Of a stretch of 64,000 nt of DNA, positions 21,896 to 43,520 are shown one piece after another (positions within the stretch are counted from its first letter, which is position 1; each line of letters opens with the position of its first letter). Origin of the DNA: Obrimoposthia wandeli. Lineage: Eukaryota. A program made the position numbers and the translations under genes. The notes under the pieces are model-generated. The model did not search any database. It saw only the letters and a program-made list of their open reading frames with translations, and was not told where the DNA came from. The DNA is taken from positions 62,001 to 126,000 of the forward strand of contig CDROCS010004434.1 in NCBI GenBank assembly GCA_977020255.1. Direction: 5' to 3'.

Positions 21896-24069
21896 CAGTG
21901 GTTCTCAAACTTTTTTAAAAAATATGCTTTGCGGTCCATTTGAAATTGCGTACCCGGCCAACGGACCCCTGATCAGTAATATTGATTAGATATATTTAAA
22001 TAATAAAAATTTAAGTACATTGTCCATGAACATTAAAAAGAATAAATTTTAATATTTAATTTTGTAATGAATGATGAAAATTATAATTGTAATTTAATGA
22101 AAACGAAAATAATTAATGAGATGGATGTTCTTGCTTACCATTTGATAGTTCAGTAATTCTTGGTTCTGTTTTAGATAGAGCACATCGTAAGTCATCGCAA
22201 ACATAAAGTCTGTTTATGGATTTTGTCTTTGTATGGACAAGTGCTGAAAATGCTGCCTCACATTCGTAAGTTGTTGGAAACGGCATGAGTATTCGAAAAA
22301 CCATTTTTGAGATATGAGGATAGCTCTGTGCCATTGCTACCCAAAATTCAGTTGTCGAAACTTCTCTAAACTTCATTTTGGCTGAACCATCATTGATAAG
22401 TTCTATGAATTCTTCTTGAACCACCAATTCATCAGTTGGTATCATTTCACCATCAAAATTGAACGGATTTATTATGAGTTCATTGTAGATATCAGCATCA
22501 TTTAGTGTAGGAAATTAGCGAGAGATCTCATCTTTAAGAGTAGAAAGGTGCTCTTTGATTGCTTCGTGCAAAGGATTATCAGCAATAATTGTTATGTTTG
22601 TTTCATCCAAGTATGAATTGAATATAGGAAACATAGCATAATTACTTCGTGCAGTCTTCTTTATCCAGAGTTCAATTTTCATTTGAAATGCTTTAAATTT
22701 TTCATTGCAGTCGATGACAGTAATATTCTTTCCTTGTAAGGACAAATTAAGAACACCCAATGCTTCAAAGATGTCCACAAGATAAGCCATTGAAGACAAC
22801 CAAGCAACATTGCTGAATTTTTTGTGCAATGCATGATCAGAATTTTCCAGAAATACTTTTATTTCACCACGAAGTAAAAATGCTCGCTTTAATGCTTTAC
22901 CTTTCGACAACTACCTCACATGTGTGTGTAACAGTAGTGTCTCGAAGTCAGCACCATTTTCATTGCATAATGATGCGAATAGACGACTATTGAGAGAATT
23001 TGCTTTTATGACGTTGATTGCTTTTATAACTTCATTCATCACAGTCTTCAAATGATCAGGTAATGTTTTAGCAACCAGAGCTTGTCGATGTATGGTGCAA
23101 TGAATTCCAATCACTTTTGAAGATCTCTCCTTCACAAGAGTCTGAAATCCAGATCTACATCCTACCATTGTAGGTGCACCATCTGGGCAAACTTCACACA
23201 AGTTTTCCCACTGAAGTGAATGTATTTCAAAGAAATTTACAACTTTCGTAAAAACTTCCTTGGCTGTAGTTCTGGTTTCAAGATTTTCACAAAAGAGGAA
23301 TTCATCTTCGAAATCTCCATTATATATATAGCGCACAAATACACAGAGCTGTGCAAGATTTGCTATATCTGTGGTTTCGTCGATCTGTATTGAAAATAGT
23401 CCAAATTTTGATTCTTTGATTTTTCCAACAACTTGTTCAATAATATCATGTGACATAACTGTGTCGTTAGACAACGAAACCATTTTCAATTTTGTACTAA
23501 CATCTTCATCAAGAATAAGTGAGATAATATCTTTGCAAGCTGGAAGAATTAAGGTCTCACCAATGTTATGTGGCTTTCTGGATCTTGCAATTCTCTGTGC
23601 TACTCGGTAGGAAGCTTCAACACCAGCTGCATTAGATGTAGCTGCATCTCCTTTTGAATCAAACCTTGATCTTACCAAATGTGCTTCAAGCCGTTTGAAA
23701 TAATCTATATATTTTCCATTGTATTTCTTGTGCTTCGTTTCCAGATGACGTTTCAGTTTACTTGGTTTGAGAGATGATTCTGAAAGTACTTCAAAACAGA
23801 CAACACATTGTGGCTTTACCACTTCTCCCTGGGCGATCTCAGTAAATCCAAATTGAATGTATGACTCGTTATACTTTCTCTTCTTGCTGTCCATGTCTAG
23901 TGTCTAAAATCAACGAGAATGATAATGAATAAAAAGAGAAGATTTAAATCAATATTATTATTGACAAACAGTTAAAGCTTACAAAGTTGAATATAATTTT
24001 TTGTCACGGACCCCCTATCTTACTGTCACGGACCCCTGGGGTCCGCGAACCCCACTTTGAGAACCACTG
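21896..24069 (-). mobile_element. hAT (Buster/Charlie-type) DNA transposon with disrupted transposase
   Basis: 14-bp TIR CAGTGGTTCTCAAA at 21896 and 24056-24069. Flanks GACTAGAT/CTTTAGAT resemble a diverged nnnTAnnn TSD. ORFs 22911-23894, 22515-22910 and 22113-22445 carry the CVVC...RHLETKH zinc finger, IDETTD, DGAPTM and CEAAFS. Confidence 0.92.
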
Positions 24070-24507
24070 CTTTAGATGTTTGTATAATTAATTATTAACT
24101 TATTGATTCAATAAAACAATTGACAGTGAAAATTTTATTAGTATCAAGACTTTCCAGTCATGCTAATATATTAATATTTCATCACAAGTGAATAAAATCT
24201 AAAATAAATTAAATTTTTCAGTAAAGATATAAAATGTATAAGACTTTTATCTGGAAAAATTAATAAATTGTATAAAATATTTACAAAAATACCGGCAAAA
24301 CATTTTGAAATTTTATCGTATATCCCATGCAACTTCGGAATTATTTATGTATTTGAACAAATAATATAACTAACCTTTTATTGAAAAAACACTGATTAAA
24401 TTATTATTTGTTAACAAAAATTACAATATTATGAAATAATGCGTTGCTGTTTTTATTTATTTGCCACAGCTTTAGTAACAAATTAAACAAGTTATATTTT
24501 CTTTTAG

Positions 24508-32187
<7,680 letters not shown>

Positions 32188-33774
32188 ATTGGGACTAATT
32201 CAAGCTGGAAATTTCATGTTTTCATTTTCAAGTAACTGCATAATTTCAATTTACAAATTAAGATACAACAAGTTAAAATTACTAATTAAATCTATTCAGA
32301 TAATTAATTTCCAACAGGTAATCGATAATGGTTTTTTTTATAATGCTTTGAATCTTGAGATTGAAATATCCAATTTTATTTGTATAAGATTATAGATGTA
32401 CAAAATTCCCTGACAGAATTGTTTATGCTCTCGTATGACTTAATAAAAGTTAAATTTTAACGTTGTTCCTAAGTGTGTATAGAATGAAGTATATTTCAAA
32501 GATTTTTTTTGAAGGCCTAATTCAAAGCTTGTTATTACAAGCAAAAAATAATTTTATTTTTATCAAACCGCATATAAATATTAACTGTTCTGGTTCTTTA
32601 TTATAAAATTTCGCTGTTCAGTTCGATTCAAGTACAATGATAATTAAGAAATTTTATTAAAAGAACATGTTAAATCAATACACAAATTATTTATTCAATC
32701 AAATGTATTTTATTAATTAAAAATTAAATTCAGATACAAAATTCTCTTTTATAACTTTTTCCTATTTATGCACGAAAAAATATTATTCGGTTTTTTTATC
32801 GTTTAAATAGAATTTATAAAATAACAGTATGGTTCGGTTTCAGATCAACCAATATATATTGGTTAATTCTTGTTTTTGATTCTGGTTCAGATCTCTGAAA
32901 TAAACATTTAAATCTTCACAGCCATCTGTTTTAGTTTGTTTAAATCAAGGACTGAAGTTTGTATCCCCAGATAATTAATAAATAATCGCCGTGGTGAAAA
33001 TAAAATGCTTGTTTACCCTAACTTTGAAACTAAATATCCATAATTATTACTGTTTTGTCTAACCACAGTGTTAGCAATTGATTATTACACAGTACATTAT
33101 GACATTAAATTGTCATCAAATACACAATATGTCATTTATCAGGATTAACCTATTTGTTTATTAATTTTTAAATGCTGCCATAATAGAGATTTCAATGTCA
33201 GTGGTGGAATACATGGCTTCAAAATGAATCCACAAGTTAGGTCGATTTCTATTTATTGAAACACTTATTGTAACTTAGTAAGTTAGATTAAGAAATTTAC
33301 TAAGTTAAAAAAAAAAAATTGTAACTAATATGAATTTAGAGTTAATATAAAGTAGTTAACATGAATTTATGATCAATTTTATTGTATTTCCTTAAAATTA
33401 ATGTCCAAATAAAAGCAATTTTTAAATTTCATCTTCATTATTTAGTTTTAATTAAAATTAAGTATTAATTGTGAAAAAATTATAAATTTCCGATAAGTTC
33501 AATCAAAAATTTTCTAAATATCATTCGAGAAATCCAGTTAAAATTCCTATGCACAAAATTGTATTTTCTTGTTATAAATAGTTACTAAATTCCTTTTAAC
33601 TCATCAAAAATAGTGCTCTTCGATTTTATTCTAACTTACTATGTGGGCCAGAAACTATATATAAAATATCCAAACTTAGTAATTTATTTCTATTACAAAC
33701 AATGTTTATATGGTTCAATAAAATATAACAGAAGAATCGTACATATATAAAGATTAACTGTAATGGCAATTCAT

Positions 33775-34900
33775 TATAGCATTATTTGCAAGTAGTAGCC
33801 ATATGCTCTTTGCAAATGGACTTTTTACAAAGATAACACAAAGAAGTTGATTATTTATTTTTATCTCGCAACATTGTCTTCATTGTCGTTTGTTGCTTGT
33901 TGAGGTGATAATAAAATAATCACTTTTAGATTTACCCAGCATATCCAAGGCAAATCTAATTTGTGGTGAACTGACAATTTTTGACTTTACTTGAAAATTT
34001 ATATGTTGATTGACAAATTGGTAACCACTTTTTAATGAATTTTAATGTCACCCGTGCAATGCCTATCAAATCACACAAAAAATAACTGGCAGTCTTCTGC
34101 TCTTACATTTGCAAGAATATGTACAAACTTGTTTATCCAGAACGTCCACGTCAGATTTAGTACCATTATAGAATATTACCTTTTCAGGTTTTACACCGAC
34201 AGACGGAACTTGAACGAATGATGTCTGTTAGTAGGATTGGAAATTTTCCATTATCCGAAAATGATATAAGGTGATTTCCAATTTCATTTTTAAATACAAC
34301 GGTTTCCTTCTTCCGTCAATTTTCTGTGTTCTTAGCCGTTGCAGTTAAGTATCTTCTATTATTTTTAATCGTCCTACAACTGTTGTATTGTTTTTCTTCT
34401 TCTCAGGTAATCTACTATGGATAGAAAAGTAAACCAGTTGTCAATTGCTACTTTATTTCAGAGTCAAGGGAGATAACAACTGCTTCTGAGACAATATGCA
34501 CTATTCCAATGAGACAATATTCCGTTGAAGAATCCGTGATCCAAATGAATTTATTACCAAATTTGCTTGGCTTATATTGAGTAAACTGGAGAAATTGCAC
34601 TCTAATGTGGAATTCGAGCAGCTGTTCATCTTTTGTTAGATTACATTCTGGTAAAATGCATGTTTGGAAGCGTTTTGTCACAAGCTGATAAACATATCGA
34701 ATGGGAGCAAGATGATCTGTACTATCCCTTCGAGTGGGGTCATCAAAAATCGGCTGTGGCTACAAAGATTTTACAATAGCGATTGTTTGTTGCTTATTTT
34801 ATTAGTCTTTATGCATTTCTACTTTGCAAAAGCAACAATTATTCTTGTTATTATACTAACACATGAGGTTTCGATGAACGAATCAAATAACAACATGTAA
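33775..34900 (-). mobile_element. piggyBac transposase relic
   Basis: TKDEQLLEF..QYKPSKFG, IDNWFT, FYNGTKSDVDVLD..YSC..RRLP and the C-terminal CYLCKKSICKEH. Several stops. Confidence 0.85.
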
Positions 34901-35149
34901 AACTAACTACAGTGATCAATTTTGATCAACATGATTGAGTTAACGACAAAAATGTGACTTTTCTTTTTTTTTTCCTTTACTAAAATGGTTTTTCATTTTT
35001 CCATACACATTTTAAATTTATCTGAGTAGAACATTAAAAAATTCTCCAACAGAATTTGTAGAAAACTTCTTATCGCGGACATATTTTATCAGTTGATTCA
35101 TTTCTTTTTTGAAATCATAACGCATATTGTGAAGTACCACAATCGATAA

Positions 35150-36990
35150 TGGTCAAATAGCGTAAACCATTGAACTTGGTAACATCGATGGCTAGTCTCA
35201 GTCAATTTTATTTTTACTGACAAATTAACTTTTGTCCATTTTATTGGTTATGGATCAATTTATTGGCAACGATTGCATTCTCCTATTAGGGTACTAATTG
35301 TATCATCAGATACGTTTATATCAAGTTACGTTGCCAAAAACTTCATCCTATGAAATCCCATATGACATCTTTCATGTATTTCTTTAATTTTATCAACATA
35401 TTCACCATTACTACTGCAACTGTATATTTACTCCATCCTTGAGGCACTCTGGTTAGTCCATAATCTTTATTTTCAGCGGAAGATACAAATTAACTGACAC
35501 ATCTAATTCGTATTCAGTTGCAGCAATTATCGATAACTCTAGTCTTCGTCCTACTAGAATTTCGGAATTATTTTATTTTCCGTTAGAACATCTTGTTCCC
35601 ACCCAACTACAACTTTATTATCAACAATCATCAAAGTTAATTCTTTGGCATACCAATTCAATGCTAAATTTAATCTTTTTATTGTCGCTTCTAATTCTAC
35701 CAGATTAATATGCCGACAATCAGTAGACTTTCTCAACCAAGACGCATCTTCAACTTAAACTCTTAACAATATGGAACTTTCGTCACACCATATAGTACAT
35801 TTGTCACCATCATTACAATTCCACAAACCTTTAGCCGGATCACCTATGTTCACTTGTTTCTCCATCCATTCTAGTTTCTTTTTACATTTTCATCGATATA
35901 ATCATCCAAGTTTCCTTTCGCTTCTCTCTTTAACATGCCACAACCTACTCGTAACCACCTAGCTATAGGATAAATATCAACCAATTGACCACACAAAGAA
36001 AATAATGCTCGCTTCGTTAACACATTGGATTCACATATACGTCAAGCATTACCTCGCTTCCATTGAAGTTTTCCATTACCGTTAAATACCGCTATACCTA
36101 GAACCTGAACTGACTTCTTACCCAACCTTTTTTGGAAATTTAGATTCTAAATCATACTTTATCGAATGATGCTTAACTTTGTCAACGCATATATTTGACT
36201 CATCTATGAAAATGTCATATATATACATCAGCATTCATTTTTATGTGAGGTTGTAGGGACAACACGTTTTCGACAAGGGCCGTCATAATAGATGGAGCAA
36301 TATTCAGTCTGAATCCCATTCTTGTTAACACATAACGATTACCTTAATTTATCACAACGTATAGCGCTGGTATCACTATATACGTCAATATATTGATTCA
36401 TATCTCTGAAATCAAATACAGTTCTAACTTTTTTCTTGTTTTTCTGAACGATAGCAAACAGTGGTAACAAACCTTTAGCGGGTCCCATTTCCTTTTCATC
36501 GTATAACATTAAATATATTTTGTTAATCCAATCATTGAATTTACTATCGAATTATAAAATTGTCCCTCCTCCGAATTCTCTAATAGCATACATGCCTAAA
36601 ATACCAGCAATACAATACATTCATTTTTTCACAAGTAAATATGATAAAAACTTTTCAACAATACCTATTTTGATTTTTACAATAGATTCACCTGCCATTT
36701 TTGTAAAGTCATTTCATTTCAACAACTGGAGTCAATTAAGAAACGTTCTTTAGATCCATTAATAATTAAGAGTCGAGTTATAAACAATTATGAGTGAACA
36801 CATTTTGTGTGCTCCCTAATCTATTTTTTGATGAACACTATTTTGAAGTATGTTCTTTTCCTCCACACGTATAACACAATATATTCGTTCTGCGATCTCT
36901 ACTGAATTGTGTCATCCTTCCACTTCCATTTTGCTTAACATTTTTGGTTCCCTAATTTCTTCGTGCCGCTTAACATTAAATGCTAGGTGC
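35150..36990 (-). mobile_element. Decayed LTR-retroelement pol (RT/RNase H)
   Basis: LTRMGFRLNIAPSIM (RT) and VEDASWLRKSTDCRHINLVELEA..LNLAL (RNase H) among stops. Confidence 0.65.
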
Positions 36991-39900
36991 CTCTGACCTA
37001 TATATATTGATAGTAAGTCTCTAGATAAAGTTATTTACATTTTGTATTTTTAAATTGACCGCTGGTGTATTTAACATCCCATAGATTCAGCTGACCATCA
37101 ATGACAACAATTTGACAACAGTTTGAGTTGGCAAGAGCTTGCAGCATAAAAATAATTATTTAAATTGACAGTGACACACTTTAGGCAATTGTAAATCAGC
37201 TGACATCATTGAGATAATAAGTTCTTCTTTGAATAATTACAATTCCATGAAATTCAAAATGTCGTTAAAATTTTGTAAAAATCTATTTTAATCCGCAATA
37301 TTTTATATTAAAAAATATCCAAGATTTGTAAATAAGCACGATGAATGAACATTTTACAATGCAGCTACGATACCATGAACAGTGAGACACAGCAATAATA
37401 TATGAGTAGAGTTAGTTTCTTCAAATATCATATGGTAAACATTATAAACGACCATCGAAATCAAAATAGAATATAAATATTACGTTTGGAAAAAACAACT
37501 TTGGTATAAAACCTATCATTTATCTAATATGTACAATAATTGATATATTATAGAACAATCAACACTTTATTTCTTAATAGAAACTGGTAGCATATGTGGA
37601 ATCAGGTCTAAATTTTATTGTAACGTTCACTTACAGAACAAAAAAATATAAACATATAGCTGGTTGTTTATCATTTCCAAAATCCTTCAAAAATAAAACA
37701 CAAATAGTACTTCTTTAATTTATAAACATTCTTTCAAAACTAACAAACACCAGCCTTGCTGAGCCACTCTTGGCTTTTATATGGCCTGGCTTGCCTACAC
37801 AAACCAATCCCATGACCAGGCCTCCTACTGCTAATATTGGTGGTTGCTATACCATAATCCACCTTTGGGATTGTCTTGACAACAAGCAACTTTTAAAATG
37901 AAATTTTAGTACCCATAACTCGTTCCTCCACATATTTTTTATATTATAAATACAATTTTAAGTTTTAATTATAAAGTCACGTAAACTTTGAGGGCATTGA
38001 AATCGACATATGTTTGTTTTGGTCAGGAATTCCCCTGTAAACAGATTTAGTGTTTAGTTGAATATTTGGTTAAACTCCAGAAAATTAAAGAAATGAATAA
38101 GCCTCATAATTTTGACTTATATGTACTCTTATTCCTTAGCATACTTCTTGTGCCTTAGGCTTTGACCGAAGGATTTATATTCGAAGTTCAGTACAGACAG
38201 TTAAATAGAGCGAAATTAATATTTTTCGTCAAAACCATCGTGGTTGTCGTCATAATTATAGATGGCTATTAATTATGAGGTACCATGACTATTGAAACCC
38301 TGATTGTTTTTAAAATTTTCTCTCTAATCCGTTTATTAATTTTTTTGAATATTATTTTTTCTTGTTGTTTCTTGACCCTTTGTTTAATTTGTTATTACAA
38401 AGCTCAACATATGTCATTATATATCCAGAATAGGCAGATGTGTCTGGTGTAATCATATCCGTACCCCTAGGAGACGGTCTACCCTGTCTTTTAAAATCGT
38501 GCATGTGTGTATGAATTTCACATCCAATCTCTGGACCTCAAAATGTAATAATAGTAGACCACTTGTCGTAGACGAGATTTTAAATAGTAATTTTGTATGA
38601 ATAAATGACTTAATTTTTATGCATGTTGGAAGGATGGAAATATGTAGTTCAGACTTACATATTTTTATGAGAAAAATAAAATACACAACAAAAATTAATT
38701 TCAATACATTTGTTAAATCAAATATAAAACATCATATTAGTTCAAAGAGGTTGTATTTTTTTTCATCGGCTTCAGCATAATATACATTAAGCCGTAATGA
38801 AATATTCCATATTTCTTCATCTAAAAGTGGGGAAATCAAATAACCAAGGTTATATCTAAAAGAGAGACTGGCATCACCTTCAATCTGAAAAGAATTTCCT
38901 TAATATGCATAATCAGATATGAAAAATTCCAAAATATCAGATGTTGTTAACATTTCAATTAAATATTTATTTTCTACTTTTGAAATTTCCATAGAATACA
39001 TAACTCGTATAGTTTGATACATCTTTAATATATTACATGGCTTTTCTTTGGAAAGTCTTTCCGGATAATAAAAAAAACGTACATAACTCAGAAGAGGATC
39101 CATACTAAAAATAAAGAAATTGATTAATAAAGCAATATTTATGAAAAATATATATTTAAACAAGATACTATTATGAAATAAAAAATTAAGATTGATTACA
39201 ATTTATTACTTGAATACAAGCAGAAATATACAAATGAAAGAAACATGGTACAAATAAAGTAACATAGAAGAAAAGAAATTGTTAAAACATAGGAATATGA
39301 GCATGTTCAATTGTCCACATAGTTAGCTTTGTTCTAATTTCATTCTTCAACCATAAAGCCGAATTGTTACAGTCCATAGCTTCTTTTTCGGAAACGCGTA
39401 AACATCTATTTCTCTTCTCTATTGATCTAAATATTATGCGTCAGCTCCTTGGATATAAAATTCATTCTTATTGAATATAAAATTTGGAACTGTATTTTCA
39501 GCTTTCTGTTATATTGAAAATCTGATTTTAGAATATTTGATAGATAATATCTGAACTTTCTTCTTTTAATTGTCACAGGATTTACTAAAGCATTTAGTTT
39601 AGCCTTCTTATTATTGTCAACATCTTTAATAGTATACATTACCAGATTACTCTTTTGATAAATTCTACTTTAACCAAATATTTCATCACTCCAATTCTGA
39701 TCAAAGTGTTTAATAAATGAATTAGAGTTAATTTAGAGATTCGAACCTATTCATATTTCTTATATGTCATTTTTCTAACATTTTCTTTTGTATTCCTGTC
39801 TATCCATATATCCATAGAGTTTTTATCAGTAACATCTACCAGTCTCATTCCCTTGAAACATCTATGTTCAGAGTGATTATATGCATGTATGATTTTGAGT

Positions 39901-42900
39901 AAAACTTGTATCAACTTTTTATTTAATTCTTTTGTGAAATACGTTTTTAATCGATCACTTAAAGTAGCATTAAAGTTTTCTATTATGCTGCTTTGTACTT
40001 CGAAAATACAGAGTAGTGATTTTGTTAAGATTAGGAAAGGGAAAAATAAATTAAATAATGATAATTATATACTAAAATTCTAATCATAAAATCAAAGGTC
40101 AAAATAAAAATTAAATAATTAAAAAATTAGATATTGTTAAAATTAGGGAATAAAAATGAAATAATTTAAGACTTTGAATAGGTCATGTGGAGTATGCAAA
40201 TATGTAGGGGAATGATTTTGATTAACTAGTCCCAGAAAAAGATAATATCAAATCTTTGAATAAATAAATTAATAACGAGTGAGAAAACCCCAGCTGCTAT
40301 TTGTTAGTCGAGAAACTCCAGTAGATATTACTTAGTGAAGATTATGAGAAGAAACTTTGATCAAGGCTTTAAAGGGTATGCTTCTTTGTATTTTCATAAT
40401 TTAAAAAAGTTCATTTTAATATTTTTTATATTCGAAGCTATTTAAGTTTTCATTTACTTCGATCTACAGACTTGATAAATTTATTTACCTCTTTTTTCTT
40501 GCTCTTTCTTTTTCTCGATGTCTTAGGCTTTACTTTCTCTTTGTGATTACAATTTAATATCAACTTCTTAAAATGCATTATAAATTTATTTTTATAAACG
40601 CTCTCTGTTTGCTTATAAGCAGTTACTTTCTTAGAATTAAATGAAACTGTTAAAAACACTAATTCATCTGGACAAGCTTGTGTAAAGTCGATAAATATAT
40701 ACATGTGCCTGTATAGCAGCTTTATGAAATGTATCAATTAGAAAGTTCTTATTTTAGGGAAAAGCTTGTCTGGTTTTGAAATCTAAAACTGTTTGATATT
40801 TCGGATTTTTAAATAATTCTAAGTAATGTACATTAAGATGTTTTGTTATAATATGACCTCCTAGATGTAAAAGATTTTGAGTGATAAATATAACAGTTAC
40901 TTCGCGATCTCTTGCTATTTTTGTACGAAATGTGTCTTTCCACTTCCACTGCGATCAACTATTTGAAATACGGCATTATTATTACATATACTCTTTCATT
41001 TTAATATTGTTTATATAGAAGTTTCCTTATTGAAAAGTATAATGCCAGAACTACTGTTGATGAAGTACAAAATTAAATAATGAATATTTGGCTATAATTT
41101 TATTTATTTGCGTTCAATTTCTAAATTCTTTAATAATATTTAATCTAACCAATATTTCAATATTATCTCTTGCAGTATCATTATTTTTTAATTAATATAA
41201 AATTCGTTTCCCCTAAATGTTTCCCGAAAAAATTTCGTCAACAAGACGATCCGCTTCATTATCATTGTTTATAGTATTATTCATTTGATTTTTTATTAAT
41301 TTAAACGTTTTTTTTATAGTTAAGAAAAACAAATTAAAAATAAGAAAATATATTTTGTAAAATTGATTCAATGGTAATAATCCAAATTTCTGAATCTCAA
41401 TATTATTACTCTACCACTGGAAAATATATTTACACATAACAGTGTAAACTTCAAATATTTGACTGCAGGAAAATTTTCAGGTTCAAACATGCATTCTTAT
41501 TTTATTTTCTAGGCTATTTTATACAGATTTATTGGTTTTCTGAGATTTTCTAAAACTGTGATCTATCATAGGATGCTGTTTTTAATTCCAAATGGTTGAT
41601 TTATCTCATTCAACAGAGGTTTGAATCCCATAACACAACAAACTCCTAGAAAATTTGAATATAAAAATAAAATAGAAACTAATTTGAAGGAAAAAATAAC
41701 ATCAAACTTTATCACATATTGTCTTGGCTTCCACTCATTGAATGATAAATATGAAATATCATCGTCTGTTCTTTCTTTAAAATTTATATTTTTATAGTTC
41801 CATTAGACTAAAATTGTTTTCTGAAAATTATTTTTTGGATATGTATGAACTTTTCATTTTATTGCTCATTTCTTGTAAATATCTTACAAACCTTTATTAA
41901 TTGAAGTATTGAAATATAACATTTTCTTCCATTCAAATTTAATTTTAAAAATGAATTTGGTACAATCGAATTCAATGATTTAGTTATATTAACTAATTAG
42001 ATTTATTTCTGTGTTACAAATTAGTATTAAAAGATGTACCATTGGAGAACAAATCATTATAAATACATTCATGTCTAAGACAATTATCAATGATAGAAGA
42101 TAACCAACAAAGACTGGCGATGATGAAGATTTAGAAATGTTTGAAGATTTGAATAAGAATATGTATGAAGAAGTGAAACAATATTTTGCTTTTGAGATCA
42201 ATGATACATATGATGCAGCTGCTGAATAATATATATTTTAAATGTTACATCTAAAGCATACAAACATCGACGTAGGCACTCGCAAGGGCAGGGGCATTGT
42301 AGCCATTGATGTAGAAGTCATTAGTGTTGTTGAAGATATTTCTAATAAAAAAATCTAACATTAAATCATTTATATTACCTATTCATTAATTTTTTTATAA
42401 TAATAATAACAAATAATCACTTCTGAAATTCAATGAAGCAGATCCAACTGTTGGTGTAGCCTGTTGGGGAAGAAAGTCTTCTTCGTCGATGGCATGTATC
42501 TAGTTGTCATCGGTCAACTAGAAATCGGATTCGCCAATTATGTCCAACCAGTTATTGACGATCCACTGAGATGAAGGCTTCTCCATCTCTAAATCCGACT
42601 GGGGGATTTGATCCATCTAGTCGTTATTCGAGAAATGTGTTGCTGGCTCTAGTGCAGTGATCTCCTCCTTAAAGCATGTTTGGCTGATGACATCCAGTCA
42701 CGCATTGTTAATAAGTTTGAGGATGACAAATGGAACGATTTCTGGACCAAAAACAAATATTTGTTCGAAAGTAACTGCTGATGCTTGAGCTTGGGCTGGA
42801 CTATTTGAATAAGAATACACCAAGTGACCGATGCTCTTCTTCGTGTTATTGACTGTGAAGCTGAATATATAGGCCTGATGTTCGTCAAAGAACACCAGAT

Positions 42901-42959
42901 ACTCCTTGTTCTCGACATCAACTTCGTCGAACGTAGATTTGTGAAGAAACAGTTTGCAT

Positions 42960-43520
42960 TAAAGCATGAGAATGCTAAATACAAACATTCCAAGCCCCAA
43001 AAGCCAGGCGCAGTCAAGGACCATGATCTTTCCAAATTGTATCGTGTAAACCCCAAAGAAGCAATCAATCAGAGTATGATCGAGAACATTGATATTCATA
43101 GTACGCCAGGCAGGGGAAACATACTTGGCATCTTTGAGACTAAGATTTCAGAACCTATACCGACAGATTGGAGTACACTACCCGACGACCTTTTTTGAAG
43201 AGGAGAAAGTACCTTTAAGTGTGATATCATTACTGCAAAGATGGTAAGTTTCACTCTCAGAAAAGCTTCTGTCAGTGCTCCAGGGCCTGATGGGATAACA
43301 TGCTCTGACATCGGGAAACAAGACCCAAATTGTAATAAGATAATCTCCTTGTTTAACAAGATACTGGAAGCCAGTACCATGCCTACTGCATGAAGAATCT
43401 TCAGGACCAAGTTTATTCCAATAGCTAGAAAAGATTCTTTTAGCGACATTACTGCGGGAAGACCAATTGCGGCTATGAGTTACAAAGTACTGGCAAGTGT
43501 AATTGCTTCTGATCTACAAA
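42960..43520 (+). mobile_element. Non-LTR retrotransposon RT N-terminal fragment, R2/NeSL-like
   Basis: LYRVNPKEAI, SAPGPDGIT..DP..LFNKIL...P.A* and RPIA...YKVLASVIA. Confidence 0.7.

Noticed and set aside
37760-37835. Short sequence also present inverted at ~54670-54740
   Set aside because: Probably an ordinary dispersed repeat fragment; too short to classify.
38450-42360. Several short AT-rich ORFs as possible viral or transposon genes
   Set aside because: No motif I can recognise; consistent with chance ORFs or unidentifiable relics.
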